DNA of 63,850 nucleotides, filler included, from Olpidium bornovanus S191 (GCA_017911155.1; 30 parts of 30 records of this genome joined end to end with filler, not necessarily neighbours in it); one strand, 5' to 3'. Positions 36,251 through 46,768 are shown, numbered from the whole stretch's first letter. Notes: a model not told the origin generated them from the letters alone. Translations and numbers: made by a program.

Positions 36251-36655
36251 TCAACTCCTGGCGCCCTTCGTGTACGCCTTCGGCTTTTTAGTCGGCGCGA
36301 AGTCGCCCAGCTTCTTGCCGATCATGGCCTCGGTGATCTTCACCGGGAAGTACCGCCTCCCGTTGTGCACGTCGAACGTGACCCCGATGAACGACGGAAT
36401 GACGCTGCAGCTCCTCTGTTTGGTCTGGATGGGCGTGCCCGTCTCGAGCGCCTTGCGAAGGCCCGGAAACGACGTGAAAAACGGGCCCTTCCACCTTTTC
36501 GAGGAGGGGCGCGTGAACGCGGGTGAGCGTGTGCGGTAGCGAAAGGGGGTAGGGGAGGGGGGGGGGGGGTTGGGGCAAGTCCGCCGGCCGCCGAGGCCTG
36601 TTCTTCCCGACCGTCCCGAAACCTCCCCGACGTACACTTGGCGCCCGCGAACCAT
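36251..36655 (-). CDS. RSM19: Nuclear-encoded mitochondrial ribosomal protein uS19m (87 aa, 2 exons)
   Basis: Exon 36655-36636, intron GTACGT...AAAAG, exon 36494-36251 give MVRGRQVWKGPFF...PIQTKQRSCSVIPSFIGVTFDVHNGRRYFPVKITEAMIGKKLGDFAPTKK. Confidence 0.9.
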   Translation of the reverse strand: MVRGRQVYVGEVSGRSGRTGLGGRRTCPNPPPPSPTPFRYRTRSPAFTRPSSKRWKGPFFTSFPGLRKALETGTPIQTKQRSCSVIPSFIGVTFDVHNGRRYFPVKITEAMIGKKLGDFAPTKKPKAYTKGARS

Positions 36656-37531
36656 GACGGGCTTTCTTCCTCCCTCCGCGCGCGCTTGCTGCTGCTGCTG
36701 CTGCCTGTTCTCGCCCCCGCTCCGGCCAAAATGCGTATGTTGCAGCCTGTGACGCGCGCTGAAGGCAGAGACACCGCACACAGCGACCCTTGCCGCGCTG
36801 CCTGGCTAACCGTTTCCCCGCCCCCCGGCAAAGGCCTCTCTCCCTCTTGCTCTCTCGGTCTCCTCTCTGCGCTTTGCTTCTTAGGGCATTTGATTGCGGC
36901 GGACGACGCCCTGATCACCTTCCTGCGGTCTCTGCCGCAGTATGGCACGGTTCGCTCTCGGCACGAGTTTGGGCGCCAGTTTTGGTTCATCGACATGCCC
37001 GACGAGTGGCAGGACGCCAAGGGCACCATATTGACCCTGCTCAGGGAGTTGTACGGTAGCAGCACCCTTGATTCGCCGGACGACGGAGGGCCGCCACCCT
37101 CCGGGGTCGCTGCGGCGGGACCGGGCGCCGCCGCGCCGTCAGAGAGCGGTCTGCTGGGCGGGCCAACCGTGGTCGACGATCCATTCGGCGCTGGACTCCG
37201 GAACAGCGCCAATAAACTCAGGGAGGCGCTGGAAGACCGGAACATCTCTTACGAACCGCTGGGCTTCTACGGTCCCCTTCGGAACATGCACATCTCCATC
37301 GCCGGGCCCGACGAGGAAGGGCGGCGAGTCGACCTGGCCATCGAGCGGGTACTCAGCGTAGAGCACAACCTCATCGGCTCTTCGTCCATCCAGGACGACC
37401 GCGTGTTCCACGCGAGGCGCTTTCTGGCCAGGGTGGCATTTCCGGGGGGGACCGTGAGAAGGATGCGCACCCGGTTCCACATCACGCTCGGATACTACGG
37501 AACCCGGTCGATCGGAGACTCGGGACCGTGA
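36654..37531 (+). CDS. Candidate 2H-phosphoesterase superfamily protein
   Basis: Two HxS/T motifs, MHISIAG (His 37289) and FHITLGYYG (His 37478), 63 aa apart. Exon 36654-36734 (donor GTATGT) splices in phase to the acceptor at 36941. An alternative is ATGC 36731-34 joined to 36885. The 3' end is disturbed by a 74-bp duplication. Confidence 0.55.
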
Positions 37532-37595
37532 GAAGGATGCGCACCCGGTTCCACATCACGCTCGGATACTACGGAACCCGGTCGATCGGAGACTC
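37448..37595 (+). repeat. Exact 74-bp tandem duplication
   Basis: 37448-37521 equals 37522-37595. The length is not a multiple of 3, which creates TGA at 37529-31. With a single copy the ORF would end GDSRPPAETELV* at 37626. Confidence 0.92.
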
Positions 37596-38071
37596 GCGGC
37601 CGCCCGCGGAAACCGAGCTTGTATGAACCCAGCGCATTATTACGAGGCGGAAGAAAGCCACGACAGACAGAAAATGGCGGCACTAGACTTCAAAACAGTA
37701 GACCGGTCAAACTTTATTAGACAACTCAAGGTTATGGCCTTGAAAGGAGAAAGTAGTTGGTTCGAACCGATGTCACCGGTTTCACACAACTACTCCAGTA
37801 CGCAAACAAATAATTATGCTGTTGCGAAGTTTTCCTTACTTGTTTCTTACACATGCGCATATGAGGAGGCCAGCCGGCTTCTTTGGTGGGATCTGAACCG
37901 AGCTGCGGTAGTTTTATTGGCAAGAGTTCTTTTGAAAAGCAGAGGAAACACAATGAAGCGTCCCTGTGTGCNNNNNNNNNNNNNNNNNNNNNNNNNNNNN
38001 NNNNNNNNNNNNNNNTTAATTAATTAANNNNNNNNNNNNNNNNNNNNNNNNNNNNNNNNNNNNNNNNNNNN

Positions 38072-39188
38072 AACTGGATCGACGATTACGCTGACATCTG
38101 CGCCCCCCTTAACGCCCTCCGCAAGAAAGACGCGCCGTGGATCTGGACGCCTATCCACGACGCGGCCGTCGCGGCGCTGAAGGAAGCACCCACCACCTCA
38201 CCGGTGCTCCATTACTTCAAACCAGAGCTCCCGACCATCGTTCACAGCGATAGCTCTGCGTTCGCGATTGGAGGATGAATTGGCCAGGTCGACGAGCGTG
38301 GTGAGGAGCACCCCATTGTTTTCTGGAGTCGCAAGATGCTTTCCCAAAAGTCAGGACGGCTCGTTCCTCCGGTATCTTTTAAAAATCTCGGTTACTTTTA
38401 AAAATCTCGGTGACTTTTTTTTTGGTGTGTTTCCCAAAAGTCAGGACGGCTCGCTCCTCCGTATCTTTTAAAAATCTCGGTGACTTTTTTTTTGGTGTGT
38501 TTCCCAAAAGTCAGGACGGCTCGCTCATCCGGTATCTTTTAAAAATCTCAACACACCAAAAAAAAAAGTCACCGAGATTTTTAAAAGATACCAGAGGAGC
38601 GAGCCGTCCAAGATACCGGAGGAGCGAGCCGTCCTGACTTTTGGGAAACACACCAAAAAAAAGTCCGTCCTGACTTTTGGGAAACACACCAAAAAAAAGT
38701 CCGTCCTGACTTTTGGGAAACACACCAAAAAAAAGTCACCGAGATTTTTAAAAAATACCGGAGGAGCGAGTTTTAAAAGATACCGGAGGAACGAGCCGTC
38801 CTGATTTTTGGGAAACACACCAAAAAAAAAGTCACCGAGATTTTTAAAAGATACCGGAGGAGCGAGCCGTCCTGAGTTTTGGGAAACACACCAAAAAAAA
38901 AGTCACCGAGATTTTTAAAAGATCACCGAGATTTTTAAAAGATACCGGAGGAACGAGCCGTCCTGACTTTTGGGAAACACACCAAAAAAAAACGCGAGAC
39001 CCGCTATAGCGTCTACGAGCAGGAATTGCTTGCTTTGGTCGAAATGTGCCGGGTGGGCCGACCTTACATAGACGGGTGGCCCTTCATCGCCCGGACCGAC
39101 CATCGCGCTCTCCAATGGCTACAGACGCAGGCGCGCCTCTCGAAACGACAAGCAGGATGGTTAGAACGGCTCCAGGAGCTAGACATGA
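38072..39188 (+). mobile_element. Ty3/gypsy RT-RNase H relic, split by an inserted repeat array
   Basis: IDDYADICAPLNALRKKDAPWIWT...LKEA...PVLHYFKPELPTIVHSDSSAFAIGG*...HPIVFWSRKML | [insert] | RETRYSVYEQELLALV...RPYIDG...RTDHRALQWLQTQARLSKRQAGWLERLQELD. Confidence 0.92.
38341..38991. repeat. Fold-back array of an approximately 70-bp unit (about 3 copies in one orientation, then about 6 inverted)
   Basis: Unit GTCACCGAGATTTTTAAAAGATACCGGAGGAGCGAGCCGTCCTGACTTTTGGGAAACACACCAAAAAAAA. Orientation flips at 38549/38550, and there are several partial internal duplications. Confidence 0.92.
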
Positions 39189-39454
39189 NNNNNNNNNNNN
39201 NNNNNNNNNNNNNNNNNNNNNNNNNNNNNNNNTTAATTAATTAANNNNNNNNNNNNNNNNNNNNNNNNNNNNNNNNNNNNNNNNNNNNATTGCTGGCAAA
39301 CGCGTCAAGATCTTTCGACGCCGAGACTTGACAGTCCAAGAAACGCTTGTCCTGACCGAGCTTCCAGCTTGAGAGCAAAGGTAGCACGTTTTTCGGTGTG
39401 GTCAAATCTTACATCCTGTCGAATCAGGGGGGTGGATGTGGTGTGAACTTTGTT

Positions 39455-39790
39455 CACTTCGATTTGATTTTCCCTTAATATATCGATTTTATTCTGTTTT
39501 TATTTCAATTGTACTTTGGTCGATTTTGATTTGTAAACGTTGTTCGCTTCTATTTTGATTTATTCCGTTTCTATTTCGACTTTATTTTGTTTTGATTTCG
39601 ATTGTACTTTGTTTGATGAGGTTATATTTTATTCCAGTTCGATTCTGTAGCCTTTGATTTGAGTCTGCCCCCTTCGAATCGCCCGTCTATTGCTTCTCGA
39701 TTTCGATTTACGCGTAGCAATAATTTACGCGTTCGACGGCTGTATGCAGATAGATTTTCTTTCCCCCCCCTCGAGCTCGATTGCACCAAA
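39455..39790. repeat. Degenerate T-rich YTYGAT/TTCGA-type short repeat tract
   Basis: Recurrent TTCGAT/TTTGAT/CTCGAT words in an otherwise GC-rich genome, upstream of the gag-like ORF. Confidence 0.4.
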
Positions 39791-40226
39791 CGAACGAACC
39801 GAACGTAGAATCGAACGCAATAAAAGCAACGAACTCGCGATCTTCTCAAAAGAAACTCGGGCCCTCGAGTGCTTGTTTTCCGCACCTCAGCGGTTGGCTG
39901 CTCCTGGGGTTGGAGGGCGGTATTGGGGGCAAGGGGAGCGCGCCGAAGCCCGCGTCGAAGAGAGCTGCGAGAACGGCAAGAAGAGGACCCCGCTGTCCCG
40001 CGGGCACCCGTACCTACGGCGATCCGCACACGTAAAACAGCCCATTGCTGCCCGTCCCAGCCTGCCACAACCCCGTCGGAGTCAGCAGTCTCCCGACAAA
40101 TTGGCGCTCCCAGGCAGGAAGGACAGGACGCGAGAGCGAGAAAAGCTGCTACGAGAGTGCCTCGGGGGCGAAGAGACAGTAAAAATGGAGACGGGACCCT
40201 TGTAAGGGCGCGCGCTCGCTGCGCAG

Positions 40227-40859
40227 ATGCGGTCTGCGGAGGTCCGCGCGGCGACGGTCCAATTCACCAAGGACGCCGGGCTGTTCCACGAGGAGAACAT
40301 ATCGGCTTATTTGAGGAAGTTCGAGACAGCAGTCCGACAGTGGGAGCTTTCTGACGCAAAACTCCTCCGCTACTTCAGGTTGACCGTGCATGAGCGGTCG
40401 TCGCAGTTGCAACAATGGGTGGGTCGTGGAAGGAGGCGAAGAAGAGGCTGAGGAAGACGTTCAGGTCTACGGACCTAACAAGAATGACGCCAAGACGTTT
40501 CATGGAATGGGTCGAGCGCCTTGTGATGGCGCGGACCCGGAAGCGGTGATGCGCGAGTTCGACCGGAAGTTTGAGCAGCTTGAGCAGCGCGAGAGGGCGA
40601 GGTTTTACGATCACACGGAGTTCCTGCTCCGGGCGCTGCCGGCCAACTGGCGGACGGAGGCAATGAAAAGATTTCGCGATGGCGAGAATCTGGTGGAGGA
40701 TTGGGGGCGGGTGGCTGAGGTCGTCCGCGAGATGTCGCGGGGCGATAGGCTGCTCAGGAGGGTGGAAACGGCGGTTACCGACGAGGAGACGAGGCAGGAG
40801 CGCCCGCCGACCGAGGGCCCTCCGTCGAGACAAAGCGCCGACAGGGGACCAAGGAAGGA
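40227..40859 (+). mobile_element. Retrotransposon gag-like ORF with a frameshift (probably Ty3/gypsy type)
   Basis: LFHEENISAYLRKFE...ELSDAKLLRYF, then after a shift REFDRKFEQL...FLLRALPANWR...DWGRVAEVV. This resembles fungal Ty3-type gag N-termini (FxGxNVxxFLxxFE...KL..F). Intronless. The assignment is from pattern memory only. Confidence 0.4.
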
Positions 40860-41403
40860 NNNNNNNNNNNNNNNNNNNNNNNNNNNNNNNNNNNNNNNNN
40901 NNNTTAATTAATTAANNNNNNNNNNNNNNNNNNNNNNNNNNNNNNNNNNNNNNNNNNNNGTCGGATCTCTGTGTTGTCCGCATGCCCGCAAAGAAGCAGC
41001 CGATCAAATATGGGTGCTGCCCGCATATGGCGAATTCCATACGGGTCACAACCTTGCCGGTTGTTTGTAAGGCCATTCTTGTTGCTCATGGCCTCAAAGG
41101 CATCCCCTGAACTAAACAACAATCCGAAGTTTGATGCAGACATAACATACGTGCTGTCGATCTTCTTTTGAGCATTTTTTATAATCCAGAAGACATCAGA
41201 TTTTCTAATCTTTTTCCGTCTCTCAAAAAAAATTGAGGCTTTGCACAAAAGAGTTCGGGCAGTGAGGCCCTACATCTCTGTGGCAGGCAGCCGGGGGGCG
41301 CGCGAAGCCAGAGACCCCAGCATTGATACTCGGCGGCTCAACATGCGACCAACCAGCACAAGCTGCCCACGCGAGGGGTGGTTAATCCCTCGCGCCCGGA
41401 ATA

Positions 41404-41486
41404 TGTCCTTTATGGGATTCGAACCCACGTCTGCAGGGCAACAGGTTTCCGGGGCGAAGCGGTAACCAGGCGCACACCCCAAGGCA
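41404..41486 (-). pseudogene. Degenerate type II (Leu/Ser-like) tRNA or tRNA-derived SINE head
   Basis: 83 nt. Intact T arm GTGGG-TTCGAAT-CCCAT, long variable arm CTG..CAG, 3' acceptor strand AAAGGAC+A. The 5' acceptor strand (TGCCTTG) and the anticodon arm pair poorly, so the anticodon cannot be assigned. Confidence 0.4.
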
Positions 41487-43617
41487 AATTCCGGCCTGTG
41501 AGGTCGTTGTTGTTGCCCTTCAACACCGCCCCGTCCGCAGTCGCCGATCTGGCCGCCCGCGCAAAAGGACCCGCGCCAGCAGCGCCACTCCCGTGGCCGA
41601 AGCCGCCGCTGACGAGAGCGGCTCCTCCACCACCTCGATGGCAGGCGGCGACGCCCCTCCCATGGCCGCGCCCGTGCCGCTGCCCAGGGAGCCGCACTGC
41701 ATGGCCGCGACTGCGCCGCCCTCCAGGAAGCCGCCGCCGTCCAGGACGCCGTGCTCCATGGCGGCGACCGCGACGACCTCCTGCATGGCCGCGACGCCAC
41801 CTCCCGTGACTGCCGGGCCTCACGACGCCACTCGGGACGGCCGCGCCGCCGCGCCTCACGGGCGGTGAGGGTCCGCAACGTCGTTCGGGTGGCAACGCGT
41901 AAATGAAAGTGGAGAGAAAACGGAGAAGAAAAGAAAAACGATGAAAAGAAGCTCGTTTTGCCAGTTCGGCAGGGACGGGACGCGTTTTTGCTCCCTCGGT
42001 AAAAGTCCGCTCAAATACCCGACTGGTACCCGCGTTCAATTTCGCGTCAAGTGACCGAGCGGGACGCAGGAACCGCGGCCTTGGGGCAGTTGTTCGGGGA
42101 GGCCAACTCTCTGCGAAAGCGCCACCGACTGCGCGGCCGAGACTTCCGCTTAGGCAGGGCGCCGTCGAATTAAGTTCTTCAAGCGTTGGGGTAGATGCGC
42201 AGTCGCTGCCTTGCTCCGCTGCATGCCAGGCAGCGATCTTCACTTCTTCGCTTGGGAGACAAGGCGAGCGATACGGGCTATGAGGCCGGAGGCGGTGAGA
42301 CTGGAGTTCACCAGCATCTCGATGCTAACGTCCAAAGACAGCAGAATCATTGGAACGCCTGCGAAACCGCCGAGGCCCAATTCTACTAACATATTTTATT
42401 ATAGATTGGTGGCTGCGTGGAGCATGAAGTTGCGGAACTCATTAAGCATCCAGAAGAAAAGAGGCAGGTTAACCAGCAGTTACAGCTTTTCAGCTGGAAG
42501 AGGAAGGTCTTGGAGTTCGACGCCATGTTTAAGACTGTAGTTTACGGAGGCCAGAGGCGACGCCCGCGCAGCCCAAGGTGATTTGACTGAGCAACTCGTT
42601 CAAGAGAGAGAAGCGACTGTGACACTAGCGCAGCAAGAGACAATCTTACGTTAGTGGTCTATGCATCTCTTATTTATATACTAATTCTATATTTTATAGT
42701 AAGTATATTTTGTATATATGTAGTATATTCAATAAGCATCTGTAATACTGAAATTCACACTAGCTGCATTTATATCCATTTAAATAAGTAAAAGTATATG
42801 TGTAAGGTATCGTTTAAATCATAGTATTTAGGCACCTACTACCAAACCCGGGTGACCTGCGTGTACCTGGCCAATCCCATGAGCCCCAAGATCTGCGCAG
42901 GCGTGGTCCTCAAGATCAGGAACGCCACTGCACGCCTGCCGCAGTCCCTCGCATCGTGGCCTCAACAACTGGAACCGCACAGTCCGCATTGAGGACGATG
43001 CGATGAACCGTTCGCCGACCACGAGGACGAAGGTGTCAACCGGCGCTTCCCTTTAAGCCGTCCTCCCAACCGCCCTAAAATTCTGATCGCCAGCCAAGTC
43101 CGTAACGGCCACCCGCTGGACTTTTCCCATGTACCCCCGAGTTAATCTCAATCCTGCGCGCAGAATTACGGGCCAGGATCAGGACGAGGATGACGCGCGC
43201 CGTCGCTGGCTCCGCCATGTCGTCAGCGACGTTCTGTCTGCCGACGAACTGCGCACTCTACAAGAATTTCTGAAGAGCCGGCATGCACGAATATAAGGAG
43301 TACGGCGGCAACAGAGGCACACAGGGATACCGTGAATGGAAACTCGAGTTACCCGTTGGTGCGAGACTCTCTCGCTTTGTCAGTACATCCACCAGCAAGC
43401 ANNNNNNNNNNNNNNNNNNNNNNNNNNNNNNNNNNNNNNNNNNNNTTAATTAATTAANNNNNNNNNNNNNNNNNNNNNNNNNNNNNNNNNNNNNNNNNNN
43501 NAAAAAATTAAGACCGACGGACCCGGGGAGCGCTCGGAGGTTGGAGAAGCACAACCGCGGGTTTCCAGGCCGACTCCCAAAACACTCCAAAACCCGCGCC
43601 GGGCCTGTGAGCTTCAT

Positions 43618-44944
43618 TCATGCTCTCCTGCTCCTCTCGCGCGCAGGCGCGGCAACAAGCTCGCCAATATTCTCCTCGTCGTGGCGACCCGCGGTCGGCT
43701 TCTTCTTCTCGATCCCTGCGGCATCCGCTCCGGCGGACCCCGCGGCCGGCCCGCTCCTGACGCTCTTCAGCTGCGACGAACGGGACTTGTCCTTCTCCTT
43801 CGAGGGCAACCCGCCAATCGTGCCCTTCCCCGCCGCAACGGGCTTCTTCTTCTTGTTCCCGGAGAGCGACGAGGCCGGATCGCGGACGCCGACTCTCCTC
43901 TTCCTCGGCACCTGCGCCGAGCCCTGCGCAGAACTGCCTTCTCGGCCGCCGCCGCCGGTGCTCTTGTTGCCGTCCGCGGGCTCCAAAGCTCGCCGCACGT
44001 CAGGAGGCACGTGCAACGCGTGGATGGAGGTTATGAGCTTCGCCTCCCGCACGAACGCGTCGTGGTCCGCGTTGAGCGTAATCGCCGCCTCCTGGTTCAG
44101 CGCGCTCTCTGGGTTCGGCTGGTACAGCAGTGCCCGGACGATCTGCGAAAAAGAAGATCAGGGCGGAAGGGACGGGACGAGTTCCCATTTGCCCCCCGGA
44201 GCCTATTGTCCGTAACAACCTCGGGCTCACGAAGACGGCTTGCCGACAAACACAGGCCCGTCACTCCGGGCGGGAAAACGCGGACTCACCAGCAGAATGT
44301 GGGCAATCCCGTACTCACGTCTCCAGTCCTTTTTAAGCGAGTTCACGCAGACCTCCCCGCTCTCTGATATGTTCGGGTGGAAGATCTTCGTGAGGAAAAA
44401 GCCTGCTCCGGCCAGGAAACGATCAGGACGCCGCCGACATCGTGTTTTGCTTCCGAGATCCCCGCCGGACGGAAAAAATTTCTGACAGCGGACGACCCCC
44501 CGCGGACGGGCAATACCCGCGAGCGAGGCACTAACATTTGGGAGGAGAGGCCGGGAAGTCCGAGACGAGTACAACCTTGACTCGAAAGTATCCTGACTCA
44601 TAGGGAGTGTCGTCTGTAGGAGCGCAAAAGGCGAAGCAAAGTCGGTTAGCCAGGCCGACTTAGTCGGGCAACGCACGCTCGGGATATCTGATCAGTACAG
44701 ACAACTCGTGCGTGCACTTGGAATCTCGAGAACCAAATTTTCCTCCCTCACCCCCCCCCTCCTCCTTCCCGTCTCTCTCCTCAAATACGTCGGACGCACC
44801 CGGCCCGCCAATCCAAGCCTGAATGTCCGTGACGTTGTCCTCGTTGATCTGGACGAGTATGCCCTCTAGAGGCCGGTTCGCCAGTTCAAGCATCTGCCTG
44901 GACACGAGTTTCACCACGGCCGGCGCGATGTTCTCGACGGACTC
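43618..44944 (-). CDS. UBE2S: Ubiquitin-conjugating enzyme E2 S-like (first exon not located)
   Basis: Exons 44944-44800, 44613-44536, 44402-44290 and 44142-43618: [19 protein letters not shown]...PLEGI...[10 protein letters not shown]|[26 protein letters not shown]|[27 protein letters not shown]...HILL|[19 protein letters not shown], followed by a Lys-rich tail. Confidence 0.9.
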
Positions 44945-45445
44945 CTGGGAAACGGGAACGGAAACGGGGTCAGAGGGCGGGAAGCAAAGCGTTTGCAGAA
45001 GCAGGTGAGGAAGGCGGGGGAGGGGGGAGGAGGAAGGCCCGATCGATTTTGACGAGGCGAGGGCCAAACTCTCCGTCAGTCGGGGGTGGGATGCGGAATC
45101 TTCAAAACGCGCGCACGGGCAGACGCGAGGAACGGTCGCCCGTTCTGCGCTTCGAAAAAAAGGGAGAAAGAAAAAAAGAAAAAATTTTGGCCCGGAGGAA
45201 GTCCCGGCTTCAGGGACGCAAAGGGTAAAAGGGGCCGTGGGCGGGTCGGGCGCGGGATTGCCGGCCGAGCGGATCGGAAGGCTGCAGGTCGGGGGGCACC
45301 GACCATGGTTTTTTCGGTGCGTCGGGCGGGAGCTGCGGGGGAGGGGGGAGCCGGGGCGCGCGGAACAGAACGACGCTGCGAGAGAGGCGTGCGGGGAAGA
45401 AAAGGCGGTGAGGGGAAGGTTTTCCTCCGCTTCTCTGGCCCAGCC

Positions 45446-45488
<43 letters not shown>

Positions 45489-45684
45489 CCCGGTTTCCCA
45501 CATGCGCGGGGGGGCTTTTCAAAACCGCGGNNNNNNNNNNNNNNNNNNNNNNNNNNNNNNNNNNNNNNNNNNNNTTAATTAATTAANNNNNNNNNNNNNN
45601 NNNNNNNNNNNNNNNNNNNNNNNNNNNNNNAAAAAAATCAAAAAAAAACAATAAAAAAATCAAAACAAACAAAAAAAAACAAAC

Positions 45685-46317
45685 CCGCCCCTCGGCGCGA
45701 AAAGTCCCGCGCGCCGCCAGAGTGTCGAAATTGCAAAGAGGATATGACATGGGCTCGTGCGTCACCTGCGCGAGCTTCTTCAGCTTCTCGCACAGCGCGG
45801 CGCCGGACGCCGCCGCGGGGGTCCCGGGGCTTTGGGGCTGCCCCAGCAAATCCGCCGCCGTCACGGCCGCCGGCGGGTCGGTCCCGTAGTACCTCGCGCT
45901 CCGTGCGATCATGGACATCCAGTCGAGCCGCCTGTGCGCCCCGCTCCGGCCGCTTTTGGCGGGCGGCTCCCCGGCCTCCCCGCCCGGGCCGGCGCCCTTC
46001 CCCTTGCCCTTCCCCGGCGCGCCGGCTCTGCGCGCCGGGCGGGCCTTCCCCTTCGCCCCGCGCTTTTCCGCGGCGGCCCCGGCGCCCAACGCCGCCGCCG
46101 CCAGGGCCCGCGCCTCTTCCTCGTACCGGGCGATCGCGTCGTCGACCTCCTTGCAGTCGGCGTTCACCAGCACGGTCACCGTCGCCGGCCGGGACGCGTC
46201 CACGCGGAAATCCAGCGCCGCGACCGCGTCGCCCACGGTGAGGTGGATCGTGTTGCGGCTGATCATCGTCGGGACGTGCTGCAGCGCCAGCGTCAGCGGC
46301 GGAGGCGGCGCTCTCGT
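45685..46317 (-). CDS. Internal exon of an unknown protein (211 codons)
   Basis: Bounded by CTTCAG| and |GTTTGT in phase 0/0, with GC3-rich codons: ISRNTIHLTVGDAVAALDFRVDASRPATVTVLVNADCKEVDDAIARYEEEA...HRRLDWMSMIARSARYYG...YPLCNFDTL. No family recognised. Confidence 0.5.
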
Positions 46318-46768
46318 CTGAAGGTGCTCGGCCAACTGCCTGTGGGGAATGCGGCGGCCGGCGGGGCGGGCGAGAGAGTTCTCAGTCGGCCCCCGGTTGG
46401 GGGCGTTTTCGGCGATCGCTTGCAAGATCCGCCAAGAAAGAAAGAAAACAGAAAAGACTAGTGCCCGGGTTGCGACCGAAATGCTCACTGGCGAGAAAAG
46501 TACTTCACTTCTGGGAAGGGAATCATGGTGGGGCAGCGGGTGTTGGGGGAATGGGTGACCCGGTTCACACAACGTCCGCCGATCTTCCAAGATGACGCAA
46601 GTTCGCCCGGAAAGTCGGAACTTTAAATTCAAACNNNNNNNNNNNNNNNNNNNNNNNNNNNNNNNNNNNNNNNNNNNNTTAATTAATTAANNNNNNNNNN
46701 NNNNNNNNNNNNNNNNNNNNNNNNNNNNNNNNNNGCGGACCTTTCGCGGCATTGCTTCGCGCCTTTAG

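Noticed and set aside
38341-38991. CRISPR-like appearance of the repeated 70-bp unit
   Set aside because: No unique spacers, units are contiguous and flip orientation, no cas genes, and the context is eukaryotic.
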